DNA of 64,000 bases from Tetramitus jugosus (taxonomy: Eukaryota; Protista; Heterolobosea). The translations under genes and the position numbers were made by a program. Positions 34,345 through 45,976 of this stretch are shown here, one piece after another (the first letter of the stretch is position 1; the number at the start of each line of letters is the position of its first letter). The stretch is taken from the NCBI GenBank assembly GCA_937625935.1, contig OW569358.1:248001-312000 (forward strand). The letters are read 5' to 3'. The notes beneath the pieces are model-generated. The model ran no database searches. It had not been told where the DNA came from and was given only the letters and a program-made list of their open reading frames with translations.

Positions 34345-36130
34345 ATGATTCGTCCAAAACCAACCTTTTTGCCCCAGTTCGACTTTGAGGGACTTCCAGC
34401 CATACCTGCCACCAAGTCTTATCGCCAGAGAGTGCGGTACATGAAGCAAGCTGCGGCCCTTTCGAATAGCACAAAGTCATCTTCTCGCAGAATGGGACAA
34501 ACCGAAGTGCATCAACATCAGAACAATTATCCTTTTCTTCCAAAGATCATGGATGATGTTTCTAATGAATCAAAAGATAATGACCATCAGAGCTCGGAAG
34601 AATCCACAAAGCCTCTCGAGTCAAACAGAGTGTTAACCAGAGAAAAATTGCTCGAGTATGGACAATCTGAATCAGTGGATGATGTCCTCGAAGTAATTGC
34701 AGTGGACAAGGGTCTTCACTCTGTTGATACTTCTTGTCTGACAGAATTCATCAACCTTTATTATGCTAATCTGTCCGAAAACAACATTCCTCTCGATCAT
34801 CTCTCAAGATTCCCTGCACTCAAGGATCTAAATCTAAGTTGTAACAATATTCGGTTTATTAACATCCCTGTGGAAGGGTTTTTGTGCTTGGAGGTATGTA
34901 AAATCCAAAACAGACAGATTAAATATGGAGGTCTAACAAACCAAGTGTATAGGTGCTCGATTTATCTTTCAACACGTTTGAGGATCCCTTTTTGTTCGAT
35001 AAACTATCCAAGCTCCGGAAATTGAAAACACTCAACCTAAGTTCCAACAACTTACGACATCTTCCTAGAGATCTCAAGGGGCTCGTTTGTCTAGAAGAAA
35101 TCATCTTGGAGAATAATGCTCTTCAAGATGATGTCTTTACATCTTTGAACTCTATTCCAAAGTGAGTATATCTGACTAATGTCGAAAGCTGACAGAATGA
35201 CCATGTATTAACTCTTGATTCAGTCTTAAGAAAATCAATCTAAATAAGAACTATGTTGAACAAATTCCGAGTATGGAGTTGAAATCTCTCTCAAGAATCG
35301 AAACCCTTCTTCTTGACACCAACAAGATAATGTACTATAGTGATCTTTATCAAATTAGGGAGTTTAAACAATTGAAGAGATTATCTCTTGTTGATAATCC
35401 CATAACAGATAGAAGAAAAGAAATGATAGAAACCAAAAATGTCCTTAGTATACCAGATTTAAATATATCATTTGGTCCCAATGAGGATAGGGACCCCTCA
35501 GTTGTTCGTCGGTACTATCCTGACAAAATGCGATCAGTGTATTCATTCACGAAGATGGCATCAAACACCAAAGAGAAAGATCTAATGACAGTAGAATCAG
35601 TTAACAGTTCTATTACAGCCGATAGGGATTCTGAAACAGATTTTAATGCCTCAGATTCCTTCTTCATTACTGCCAAGAGTATGGAAGAGGAGGATGCACC
35701 AGCCATAGTTGCTTCTTCGATACTCAAAATCAAACCTAAGAAGATTCATAGAAATCCATCTTCTCGGTCACTCTCTACCATGTATGAATCTGTAGCTTCT
35801 AATGGAATTAAGAAAATTACAGAGAGCCACTCAGGTTTCATTTCCAGTTTACAACACTTACAAGAAGACCATACAGAAGAAAAGAAACTAGATATTGATG
35901 GTGTGGTGATATTTGATTACAATGCCGATTGGTTTGAATTGGATGAGACCCTCGAAGCACTGGACAATAGCTTAGGAAAGGATCCCTCGTTTCGAAGAGA
36001 AGCAGATGAAATGCTCTACCGCAATGACTTCAAGAGCAAGAAGAAAATGTTCTCAGCACTTCGGTTTGCCCTCAACAATCCCCTTACCCTCAACAAGTCC
36101 ATAATGGCTCGACATGACAGCACAGCCTAA
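34345..36130 (+). CDS. LRR protein, XRRA1-like; introns 34894-34952 and 35162-35223
   Basis: Three ORFs are joined in frame by GTATGT..AG and GTGAGT..CAG introns; LRR series; C-terminal SALRFALNNPL. Confidence 0.65.
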
Positions 36131-36259
36131 TTGTAACTTGCATTTCCTTGTTGAACGTCGTCAAAAAAAATTCCTCAAATTCCGTGACCTTCAAGAATCC
36201 AGCATTTTGACAATTCCAACGACGCAATTGAGCACTATCCGACACTCAAGAGACAACAA

Positions 36260-36988
36260 ATGATACCAGTCAGACTCAATGTGAAGCCAGGTGAGGCAAG
36301 ATTGCTCCCTGTGTATCAAGACTCCATCTTGTGCCTTCAACAGGCAAATCTCCTCGTTGATAGCCATGATTCCCCCAACAACGACAACGACAAGAAGAAT
36401 CAACAACAGCGTGCATCACCAACATGCAACATTGCAAGTCGCATCTTCCTATCAGTTAAATCACATGATGATGATGGGAGTGAGGAAGCAAATGTTGCGA
36501 CCGACGACAACAACAACAGCAGCACCACCACAACAGAAGAGTACGCCATTGGATTTCTCTCTTATCCACTGAATACAACTCAAAAAATGAACTTGATGTT
36601 GAATGGTATGGACGGAGAGTATTCCATTCGTTTGGAAACAAAGTCAGACCAACCACCGTCATTCAAGGTTCAACTCTCTGGATATCTATTGATGAACAAT
36701 GTTGATGATGGTCAGGACAGCGAGGACAGTGATGAGAGCTTCATGGAAGATGAATTCGATCCCTATGGTTTCTATGGTGACAACAGCGAAGAGGACGACG
36801 ATTATTATTATGGAGAGGGTGGTGGGGGTGTGTTTTATGAAGAACCCTCGGACGAAGACGAAACAAACTCGTACTTCTCATTACATGACATGATGAATGG
36901 CCGATCCAGAACAACGAAGCAATACAAGTCCACGGTAACGTTTGAAGATGTGACTGATCAACAAGAAGATCAAGAAAAAAAAGAATAA
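36260..36988 (+). CDS. Nucleoplasmin-like (NPL) domain protein with acidic tail
   Basis: VKPGE..LCLQQANL..YAIGFLS..MNLML..VQLSGY followed by a D/E-rich tail. Confidence 0.7.
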   Translation: MIPVRLNVKPGEARLLPVYQDSILCLQQANLLVDSHDSPNNDNDKKNQQQRASPTCNIASRIFLSVKSHDDDGSEEANVATDDNNNSSTTTTEEYAIGFLSYPLNTTQKMNLMLNGMDGEYSIRLETKSDQPPSFKVQLSGYLLMNNVDDGQDSEDSDESFMEDEFDPYGFYGDNSEEDDDYYYGEGGGGVFYEEPSDEDETNSYFSLHDMMNGRSRTTKQYKSTVTFEDVTDQQEDQEKKE

Positions 36989-37058
36989 AACCATTTGAAA
37001 AACATGTAATTCGAGTGTATTGATTTTTAGATTCATTGAAAAAGTAACAACAGAAAGT

Positions 37059-37646
37059 TTATCTGTTTGCCTTGGCAACTCTCTCAATCTCGTCCTTCTT
37101 CTTCATGGCGTAAGAGGTTGGGGAAGCGTTGGCGCAGTTGATGAGCTCATCAGCCAAGCATTCGGACATAGTCTTCATGTTTCTGAAGGAAGCTTCTCTA
37201 GCACCCATACAGATAAGGTAGATGGCAGTGTTGACTCTTCTGATTGGAGAGACATCAACAGCTTGTCTTCTGACAACACCAGCAGTACCGATTCTGGTAG
37301 AGTCTTCTCTTGGACCACCGTTGCAGACAGCATCAATAACAACTTGGATTGGGTTGTTCTTGGTCATGATGTAGATGACTTCGAAGCAATGCTTGATGAT
37401 TCTGACAGCCATCAACTTCTTACCGTTGTTTCTACCGTGCATCATCAAAGAGTTAACGATTCTCTCAACGATTGGCAAGTTTGCCTTTCTGAATCTCTTA
37501 ACGTTGAATCTGCCAGATGAGTGAGGCAAATATTGAGCGTGTTGAGGCTTGCTGGCAATGTAGTCAGCAAGGGAATCATCCTTGACGACAAGGCCTTCGT
37601 ATGACCATTTACCGAAAAGTTTTGGCTGTGGGACTTCGATTGACAT
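37059..37646 (-). CDS. RPS5: 40S ribosomal protein S5 (uS7)
   Basis: [55 protein letters not shown] probable 5'-UTR intron (GTATGT..CAG) lies just upstream. Confidence 0.98.
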   Translation of the reverse strand: MSIEVPQPKLFGKWSYEGLVVKDDSLADYIASKPQHAQYLPHSSGRFNVKRFRKANLPIVERIVNSLMMHGRNNGKKLMAVRIIKHCFEVIYIMTKNNPIQVVIDAVCNGGPREDSTRIGTAGVVRRQAVDVSPIRRVNTAIYLICMGAREASFRNMKTMSECLADELINCANASPTSYAMKKKDEIERVAKANR

Positions 37647-37897
37647 GTTTATCTGTTATCAAAAAAAGAAAAGAAGATGTCAGTTATATTGTTCGCTGTT
37701 GTTGTCCAAGGTAGATTGTTGCTCATGTGAACGAAGATGATGGAAGTAACATACATGGCGTGTATATTTTGTGGCTTTAGTGATTGTTTGTTTTTTCGAA
37801 AATTTTTGATAAACAAACGTGGTTGACTCAAAGTTTGGACAACCGTTTCATTGAAGTATCAATTTCATGATTGAAGTGAAAAGTCGCAATATTTTTT

Positions 37898-39256
37898 TTA
37901 TGCAGTTCCTCTGTTGGAGGTACTGTGGTTTGGTGGTGTCCAGTGTATCTTGGATGGATCAATAGATATTTGATCTCTGCCTCCCCTCTTCATATGTTGT
38001 TCAATGACTTTTGGTGTCACAGAGATAATATACTGTCCTTTCCAGTACTTTAGGATGTTCAGTGTGCTCAACGTGTCAATAATGTCTTCAATCTTGATTG
38101 CTGTAATCTTGGAGAGGTCCTTGATAGACAAGTTGCCCTTGTGTCTGTACAATTCATCCAACAATACTTGCTTCCAGTAGCTTCGATAACTGACTTTGCC
38201 CAAGTCGGACAATGGTTTCTCAGGCGAGCCAACCTTCTCCTCCTTCTTTGACAGTTCGTAGGAGAATGAGATGAGCAGCTTGCCGTAACCTTTTCTCTGA
38301 TGAGGTGGCAGTGTTAGAATACATGCGAGATTGTACTCGTCTGCCGAGTGCTTCTCCTTTGAAAAGTAGCCAACAATGTGACATCCATACTCATCGCACT
38401 CTGTCATGACATAGAACAAGAATGGTTCCACATCATAGTACAGTGTCTTGTGATCCAAAAACAACTTGGCCAGCAGACACAAGTTTTGACAATAGATTTT
38501 CTGTTTCTTTCCATCGACTTCGAACATGCTCAGTGACTCGTTGCGATAAATTTCATCACCTGGTGGATGTCTCATCTGACACTTCATACGATGTCTCTCC
38601 ATTGTTTTCGGTTTCATCATATACTTGAGACAGAACTCACAAATGTACAATTTTTTTGAATCTTGCGTAAATTCTTCAGGATAGGGCGAAAAGTACCACG
38701 TATCAATCTCATATTTGCCCAATTCGATAATTTCAATGTTTTTGACCTTTGTAATCTCTTCGTGCTCCTTCTCGAGTGCCACTGTCTGAGGGTCTTCTGC
38801 TTCGTGTGCCACATGATGAATCTCATCTAATTTTCGCTTCATTGTTCTCGTAATCTTTCTCTCCACTTTCTCATGATGAGGATGACTGGGACTGGCTTCA
38901 TCACCACTCTCCACATCACCCATACCACCACCAATTCCACCACTGACCATACTGCCATCACCACCACCACCACCACCAACTCCACTACCGCTTGCATCGT
39001 GACCACCACCAGTCAAATCAAATGAATCATCGTGCACCCATTCGTCCAATCTACGATCAAACTCAGTATAGTGAACATAGAATTGTGTTGGTTTCTGCTG
39101 TTGATCATCCAAGGGTGGTAGTTTGATATCAATGACCACTGCAGGGTGATAGAGGCCATCTCTCTTCCATTTGCACTTGACTTTGTCTCCTACGGCAATA
39201 TTGGTCTTTGGATCGACAATCTTTGGTTGCGCTTGTTGCTTTTGTGATTTTTTCAT
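37898..39256 (-). CDS. MYST-family histone acetyltransferase (Esa1/MOF type) with chromo-barrel
   Basis: [56 protein letters not shown]. Confidence 0.97.
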   Translation of the reverse strand: MKKSQKQQAQPKIVDPKTNIAVGDKVKCKWKRDGLYHPAVVIDIKLPPLDDQQQKPTQFYVHYTEFDRRLDEWVHDDSFDLTGGGHDASGSGVGGGGGGDGSMVSGGIGGGMGDVESGDEASPSHPHHEKVERKITRTMKRKLDEIHHVAHEAEDPQTVALEKEHEEITKVKNIEIIELGKYEIDTWYFSPYPEEFTQDSKKLYICEFCLKYMMKPKTMERHRMKCQMRHPPGDEIYRNESLSMFEVDGKKQKIYCQNLCLLAKLFLDHKTLYYDVEPFLFYVMTECDEYGCHIVGYFSKEKHSADEYNLACILTLPPHQRKGYGKLLISFSYELSKKEEKVGSPEKPLSDLGKVSYRSYWKQVLLDELYRHKGNLSIKDLSKITAIKIEDIIDTLSTLNILKYWKGQYIISVTPKVIEQHMKRGGRDQISIDPSKIHWTPPNHSTSNRGTA

Positions 39257-39410
39257 GTGTTGGTGTGATGTTTGTGTCCTCGAGTGTAAGAATGGTGGTT
39301 GTTTTTTTGTTTGAACCGTTTGGCAGACGATTCTTTTTTTTGAGTGAATTTTGTGCTTTTATTTTTTGTCCAATTTCTGTTCGGTGATGGTCCGACTCGA
39401 ATACCACAGG

Positions 39411-41165
39411 TCAGTGGGATGAGTGCTGGGGAGAGGTGCTATGAGTATTATAGTGGTGGACAACACGAGTCGGAGCACTATTGGATTGCTGTGGTTGTGA
39501 ATGTTGCTGCTGCTGCCCAGGGGTTTCATCATGATGAGGTGATGATTGAGGCTTTCCTTCCAGCAGAGATCTTATGGATTGTAGCTGCACTGGCAGTGAT
39601 TGAAAGTGGTGATGCTGTTGCTGCTGTGGTTGATGGTGGTGACGATGTGGATGATGGTCGAATCCAGCAGCAGTGATTGCTGAGATGGGAGGCAGAATAG
39701 TAGATGTCTGACTGCTATTGTTGTTGTTGTTGTTACTATTGCTGTTCACTCCTCCTGTTCCTCTCACAAGAGTATGACTATTCATTGGCTGAGTGTGCGC
39801 ATGAGGATAGGAGTGCTGATAAGGTGTTTGGTGATGATACTGATGAGGATAGGAGTGATGAGGAGTGTATGATGACCCATGATGATAGCTCTGATGTTGC
39901 TGATTCAACTGTTGCAGTTGTTGTTGTGGTGGTGGTGGTGGTGGTTGCAATTGTGGTTGACTAGTAGGAGATGCTGGTCGGTGCTGTCCGTGGTGCCTTT
40001 CATCAGTAGCACGCGGAGTTGCACAGGGCGGTCCATTGTGCTTGTTTTTGCCCATATTCTCCAGAGCACCAATATTATTGTTCCAAACATTGTTATTGTA
40101 ATGATTGGAGGAGTGATACATGTGTGAATGAGGAATGCTCTTGTGATGATTCTGGTTCTGATTATTATTGGGATTGATTGCATCATCTCTGTGCTTCACA
40201 GTATAGGACAAGTAGTAGTGGGGATCCTCTAGTTGTTGCTGATGTGATGGCTGATAATGTGGTACACTAGTGTTGTTGTTGTTATTGTTATTATTGTTAC
40301 TACTATTGTAACTATGCGTGATGCTACTATCAGTGGTACTTGATAGGCCCATGTTGGACTGAGAAATTTTTCTTCTCTTGTTCTCATAGTCAATTGGTGA
40401 CTCGTGACGATGATGATGATGAAGTGAGGAGTGATGATGATGATATTGTTGTTGTTGTTGTTCCATATCTGGTGGTATCACAGATGTTGTTGAAGGATGT
40501 GAGAAACTGCCAAAGCCTCTCTTTCCAAGTGTTGTTGGTGCTGGTGAATTATTGTTGTTCGTGTTGCTTGACATGGGTTGATTTTGCTGTTGTGGTTGTG
40601 GTTGTTGCTGTACACTGGTCATTGAGTTTTCATGATTGTGGGTGGAGAAGGATGGTGATTGTGAGGATGATGAGTCCATTGTAGGCACATTATTGCTACT
40701 ACTATTATTGTTGTTGTTGTTGTTACTACTACTATTCTCACCATTATTCAGCAAGTAGGCAAATGCAGGCAAAATAGCTCTTGGTTCCTTCTTGATAACA
40801 TCAATTTGGTATTGAAAATTATCAATATCATTCTTGAGTTGTCTTCTTCTGTTTTCATCTACAGTCTTATTGTAGAGAATATTCTTCTCATTCATCTTGC
40901 CCTTGAGACTCGATATTTTTCTAAATGGCCATCGTGGAATATCTCTCAGTCGACAGAGTCTCTTCAACTGTGTGAGACTGACGTTTAATGTGGCAGCAGC
41001 TGACTTGATGGGTGATTCAAAGTGATGCGCCAAGTCTTCTCTCGTGTACAGCAATACACGTTCATCCAATAATTGTTGGTCCAGCATGGCATTATTATTG
41101 TTGGATTGTGGGTCATTTATTGTGCTGACAGTGGTTGGTGGGTCAATGCTCGGAGATGAGTTCAT
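39411..41165 (-). CDS. RWP-RK transcription factor with Q/H/N-rich C-terminus
   Basis: DLAHHFESPIKSAAATLNVSLTQLKRLCRLRDIPRWPFRK. Confidence 0.92.
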   Translation of the reverse strand: MNSSPSIDPPTTVSTINDPQSNNNNAMLDQQLLDERVLLYTREDLAHHFESPIKSAAATLNVSLTQLKRLCRLRDIPRWPFRKISSLKGKMNEKNILYNKTVDENRRRQLKNDIDNFQYQIDVIKKEPRAILPAFAYLLNNGENSSSNNNNNNNSSSNNVPTMDSSSSQSPSFSTHNHENSMTSVQQQPQPQQQNQPMSSNTNNNNSPAPTTLGKRGFGSFSHPSTTSVIPPDMEQQQQQYHHHHSSLHHHHRHESPIDYENKRRKISQSNMGLSSTTDSSITHSYNSSNNNNNNNNNTSVPHYQPSHQQQLEDPHYYLSYTVKHRDDAINPNNNQNQNHHKSIPHSHMYHSSNHYNNNVWNNNIGALENMGKNKHNGPPCATPRATDERHHGQHRPASPTSQPQLQPPPPPPQQQLQQLNQQHQSYHHGSSYTPHHSYPHQYHHQTPYQHSYPHAHTQPMNSHTLVRGTGGVNSNSNNNNNNSSQTSTILPPISAITAAGFDHHPHRHHHQPQQQQHHHFQSLPVQLQSIRSLLEGKPQSSPHHDETPGQQQQHSQPQQSNSAPTRVVHHYNTHSTSPQHSSH

Positions 41166-42083
41166 TTTTTGTTGTTTCAAGTGTGAAAGGTGTGGTGTCT
41201 CAGCACAATTGTTGGTTATTGTTATTATTATTATGTTATGATTGCTCTCTTTGTTGTGTTTGGTTGTTGAGAAAAAAGGGGAGAGGGTATTGATCACGTC
41301 TGGTCGTGTGGTTGCGTCAAACTAGTTTTAGTCTCTACCCGTTGGTATTTGCAGCTATCGAACAGAAGTTCACGTGAGCGACGGTAGTGTTATTTTTTGG
41401 AGGCTGTGCTTTTTTTTCGTTTTGTTCACCAAGGAAGAATTTGAGAGAACCTCTGTGAGGTTTGCTCGGGCAAACCAAATCCCTGGGGTCCGACCCCTAA
41501 AAGCGTCATTGCCCAAATTTAGATGCATACCGCTCCGCTGTGTCTCTTTGGGATTCAGCTGTGTGGTGCGTTTTTTAATGCTTACTGATATTGATAGGAC
41601 TCCATGAGAGTATTGATCAGTGAAGTATCAAGAGGAAGATGCTTAATCCCAGACCATGATACAACATTGAAAAGGGAAAAGTGAGGACCAAGAGCTCCGA
41701 TTTCACCTTTTTTCCTCACCAAATCCCTCCCTGTCACTTCGAAGAAGAGTTTGCGGTTATTTTCCTTCCCTTTAGAGTTTCAGAAACGGTAATGGTTACT
41801 TTGTTCAGTGAATGTCCGAAACCGAACTAGTAACAAGTGCGCTCCCTTTCATTTAAGGGATATTCTAAGCGTTTGAATCGCTCCCGATATCTCTTCCTCT
41901 CGTTCGATAGGGTGACCGGGTGTGGATCATGCGGTGGATAATGGACGTTGATTTAAGAAACCGGCTCCTCAAGGCATGAGATTCTCCGATCTAAACAGTC
42001 TAAACTACGGTATCTTAATCATTGTGACTCTTTATTGTTTCCTTGAACTCTTGAATGCTTCCACTATTCTCCATTTGGGTATG

Positions 42084-42905
42084 TTAGTCTGAGGAACAAT
42101 TGAAAAGGAATACCACGTCAGGGAGGCAACAAAGTGTGTGATGAGATCTGTTGAGGGAGTTGAAGAGCGATTGGTGCTGTGAAACCTTTCTATCGTGTAC
42201 CAGTGCACAGAAGCAAGTCAATGAACACTTTTGACAGCACTGGAGCTTGCAATGGGGACAAGAGCTAAAGCAAAATTGTTCCGCATGTGAACAGTTATTA
42301 CAAAGGATGGACTTACAGATCGAGCATCTTTGTTGAGAAAACAAGCAAGACGCACAAACAGCCAATTGACAGTTACTGCACAAAGAATCCTGTACATACT
42401 TCATTGCTGTGCTCTGATGGCAGACACCACAGGACACAATACATCGCTCACAGAAGAGTCCTGGTATCGCATCAGGGGTCTTACTCTCTTGTTCATCTTT
42501 GGAAAGCTGATGTAGAACTCCACATACATCTACGCACAACATTAACTGGCATCCATCGCAGTATTGGATACAACGGGAGCAAACATTCATTTTACATTTT
42601 TGACACTGGTGAGTACAGGATTGACACACGTTGATGGTACAATTTTGGCATTGAAACTGACAGTAGTCATCTTTGCAATGAGAGCAGAGCTTGGATCTAG
42701 TACTGAGAGACAACAACAATTGATTGTGGTGGTATCTCTTGTTACGACAGAGGAGGTTTTTTGTATGATTCTTTTGTTGTATTTGGAGAGCTCTGTTCAT
42801 GGTTCTCTCGTACTCAATCTCTGATTCTCTTCTCTTTCTTTCGCTGAGAATAGCACTCGTTCTTTTCGTAGAGCTTCTCCTATTCTCTTCTTTACTGTTG
42901 TACAT
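42084..42905 (-). CDS. Cys-rich (tandem CxxC) zinc-binding hypothetical protein
   Basis: Many CxxC pairs over about 150 aa; no family recognised. Confidence 0.6.
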   Translation of the reverse strand: MYNSKEENRRSSTKRTSAILSERKRRESEIEYERTMNRALQIQQKNHTKNLLCRNKRYHHNQLLLSLSTRSKLCSHCKDDYCQFQCQNCTINVCQSCTHQCQKCKMNVCSRCIQYCDGCQLMLCVDVCGVLHQLSKDEQESKTPDAIPGLFCERCIVSCGVCHQSTAMKYVQDSLCSNCQLAVCASCLFSQQRCSICKSILCNNCSHAEQFCFSSCPHCKLQCCQKCSLTCFCALVHDRKVSQHQSLFNSLNRSHHTLCCLPDVVFLFNCSSD

Positions 42906-43022
42906 TGAAGTTGAGCGATGGGTATTGGACTACAACAACGAGGATACAATATTTTTTTTGTTGTTGAAGGAGAATTGGGTCACACCAATTCGGAGAAACA
43001 ACATTCAACAAACAAATTCACC

Positions 43023-44567
43023 ATGGACAGCAGCGACAACAACACTCTGAGCGAGCATGTTTCTCTGGAAGACAAAGTGTTGCTCATGGCCACTGTAGCA
43101 ACTGGACTCGAACAAGTAGCTCGAGAGGAATTGATCTCCAAATGCCCCACAAGCATCGAATTGTTTCAATTACCAAATTTGAATAAGCATCAGCAACAGC
43201 AAGGCCGTGTTTTCTTCAAGTTACAATCAGATGCGTCATTAGACTTTTTAAAGGACATGTGGTCACTCGAGAAATTGTACATTGTTGGTCATTTTAAACA
43301 ATTGGAGTCATTGTCACTCGAACAACAACAACAACAACAGAAGGAGAAATCAGAGGAATATCAAGGTAGTAGTAGTAGTAGTAATCATGACCAACAAGTG
43401 GACAATGATAGAAAAAGGGATTTGACAAGAGTGAGAAACGAATTGTTTTCTGTGGATGAAAAGCACAATTATGATCGTGCATTGCAATTGTGTCATCGAT
43501 TCTTGTCTCGTACGAATCCTTTGATCACTGATATGAATCGTGTCACATTTAGAGTCACTGCAAGAAGAGGTGGAATTCATCGATTTGGAAGTATGGAGTT
43601 GGCTTGTGAGTGTGCAGATGGTATTGTTGATTTGTATCCTGATTGGAAGCCTGATTTGTCCAATTATGACGTAGAGGTGCTTGTTTATGTGCACTTTGAT
43701 TTGTGTATTGTGGCGTTTACGGCAGTAGACGAGTCATTGTCGCTGCAGCGATTCGAATCTAGCAGCACAAGTGACGCCAATGACGATATTGTTAATGCTG
43801 ATGCCGCTAAAATGGATGTCGGCACTTTGGTGAATGATGAACCAAAGAAAAACAAGAAAAAGAACAGTAAATTACAATTGACTGCTCTTTCTTTGAGGCC
43901 AAGTATTGCTTATGCAATGGTGCATTTGGCAAATGTCCAAGGTGGTGATGTCGTGCTTGATTTGTGCTGTGGAAGTGGTATGATTGCTGCAGTGACAAAC
44001 GAGGTACACACGATCGGCAATTATCATTTTATTGCTGGAGATTATGCGCCAACAGTGTTGGAGAAGGCATCATTCAATAACTCGCAGAGCGAGACAAGAA
44101 GCACAACTGATTTTGTTTATTGGAGTTTTACTCACTTACCATTGAGAGACAATAGTGTGGATGTAATCATTAGTAATCTGCCGTTTGGAAAGAAGGTGGG
44201 CACACGTGATCTCAACAAGAAAATCTATCCTCCAATGATGAGAGAGTTGGCAAGAGTTCTCAAGAGTGGTAATGGAAGAGCTATTCTTCTATCAACAGAA
44301 AAAGGTCTCATGCACAGTGGAGTCAAACAGAATCAAGCCCTCATCAAATTAGAGTCGAGAATAACCATCAACATGGGAGGAATGGACGTGTTTCTCTATG
44401 TGATCATGAAGAAGAGTGAGAAAGTACAGAAGAAGCACAGAGGTCGATCGACGCGAAAGCGACGGAAGGTGAATCCCAACAGCAAAAAGGAGGAAAAAGG
44501 CAGTGTTACAGAAGAAGCTAACCACAATGGAGGTCAAGATGACACTGAGCACCAAAGCTCCGTGTGA
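43023..44567 (+). CDS. THUMP-domain tRNA/RNA guanine-N2 methyltransferase (THUMPD3/Trm14-like)
   Basis: TVATGLE..EEL, TFRVTARRGG.HRFGS, SLRPSIAY, VLDLCCGSG, VDVIISNLPFGK. Confidence 0.9.
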   Translation: MDSSDNNTLSEHVSLEDKVLLMATVATGLEQVAREELISKCPTSIELFQLPNLNKHQQQQGRVFFKLQSDASLDFLKDMWSLEKLYIVGHFKQLESLSLEQQQQQQKEKSEEYQGSSSSSNHDQQVDNDRKRDLTRVRNELFSVDEKHNYDRALQLCHRFLSRTNPLITDMNRVTFRVTARRGGIHRFGSMELACECADGIVDLYPDWKPDLSNYDVEVLVYVHFDLCIVAFTAVDESLSLQRFESSSTSDANDDIVNADAAKMDVGTLVNDEPKKNKKKNSKLQLTALSLRPSIAYAMVHLANVQGGDVVLDLCCGSGMIAAVTNEVHTIGNYHFIAGDYAPTVLEKASFNNSQSETRSTTDFVYWSFTHLPLRDNSVDVIISNLPFGKKVGTRDLNKKIYPPMMRELARVLKSGNGRAILLSTEKGLMHSGVKQNQALIKLESRITINMGGMDVFLYVIMKKSEKVQKKHRGRSTRKRRKVNPNSKKEEKGSVTEEANHNGGQDDTEHQSSV

Positions 44568-44691
44568 GCACTTCACTTGGTTGTCTCACTGTAAGCTACT
44601 CACCCGTCGCCCAATAATTTTTTCGCCCAACAATAAAAATACACCAAAAGCAAGAAGAACGCATTTGAAAGCAATACGACGACCGAACATC

Positions 44692-45864
44692 ATGAACAAC
44701 AAGCGAGCAAAGACAACATCGAAAAACAGAGTCGGAAGCAGCAATCCCTCTCATCACCGCCACTCCTCGATGTACTATCATCACAACAACAATAATAGAG
44801 CACCACCACCACCACCTGCACATCTCATTCAGTCGTTGGCACCATTGAGAATGGGTGGATTCGTCAGCAAAGACTCCTCTTCTTTCCATCCGGTCAATCT
44901 CATGGAAGCAACGAGTGAGCCACAATACAGAGAAATGGCAATACACAGTACCATGTATCAACACACGCACTACTTGTCATCGTCGTCTCATCCTCATACC
45001 ACCAACAACAATAACAATAGTCATCAAACTTCATTCTTTAATTTTAATCTGACGGTGATTGATGGAGATGATATGGGCATGTCACACAATGGTAGTAGTG
45101 GTAGTAGTGGTAATAGTGGTAGTAGTAAGAACAGTGAATCCGAATGGAATTCTAATCCCAATCAGCAGGATGAAGATACAGTTAATTGTTGGTACTCGTT
45201 GGAGCCACAGGAAACGTTCTTTAGTGATCCATCACAATCAGCATCTGAGTCATCAGCAAATGTCTACCACAATACTACAACAACAACTACCACTACTACT
45301 AATAATAACAACATTCATAGTAACATTCATACGAATACGAATACGATAGCAACATCATCACCAAATGATCTCTCACAGCCATTCTTTCACAGTTTAACAA
45401 GGAGTTTAAAAACGGAGTCATCATCATCATCATCCGGATCGTCATCATCGGAAAATAGTAAGAGAGAACGAGACACTGATCATTCCATCTCATCCAAAAG
45501 AATCAAATACTCGAGTGTCAATGATGATTACTCCTCACTCAAATCCGAAGCGACAACACCCATAACAAGTGATAGCACAATAGATGACAATCAACAATTC
45601 CTTGCTTCAATGGAAACTGCGAGGGACATGTTCCGGGATGTGGTTCGTACACTAGGCGAGACGAGGTATTCCATGGACAAGATGGAGCGCAAGATTTTGC
45701 CTGATCATCATTCTGTTGTGCACATGATTGATCAGACAGATCAGCTACAACCGGACAAGGTTCGTCTCTTTGTCACGAATCGGATCACAGAATACAAGAT
45801 GCAGAAACAGAGAAAACTGGAATTGAGCATGAACGGATTCTCAATGGACGTGGATATGATGTAA
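44692..45864 (+). CDS. Low-complexity hypothetical protein with helical C-terminal domain
   Basis: Long open frame with the S/T/N tracts typical of coding regions here; no family recognised. Confidence 0.55.
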   Translation: MNNKRAKTTSKNRVGSSNPSHHRHSSMYYHHNNNNRAPPPPPAHLIQSLAPLRMGGFVSKDSSSFHPVNLMEATSEPQYREMAIHSTMYQHTHYLSSSSHPHTTNNNNNSHQTSFFNFNLTVIDGDDMGMSHNGSSGSSGNSGSSKNSESEWNSNPNQQDEDTVNCWYSLEPQETFFSDPSQSASESSANVYHNTTTTTTTTTNNNNIHSNIHTNTNTIATSSPNDLSQPFFHSLTRSLKTESSSSSSGSSSSENSKRERDTDHSISSKRIKYSSVNDDYSSLKSEATTPITSDSTIDDNQQFLASMETARDMFRDVVRTLGETRYSMDKMERKILPDHHSVVHMIDQTDQLQPDKVRLFVTNRITEYKMQKQRKLELSMNGFSMDVDMM

Positions 45865-45976
45865 TTAGGAAAATATATTTATGTTTTGTTTTATATCATA
45901 ATACATGTGCGATTGGGTTTATATGCCAAAAAATCTGTACACTCTCCGGCTGAGCAACACTGCGAGAGTCTCGTTT

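Noticed and set aside
41300-42080. Unusually long ORF-poor spacer upstream of the RWP-RK gene; considered as SRP RNA or snRNA
   Set aside because: No recognisable conserved RNA motif or coding signal; most likely 5' regulatory sequence.
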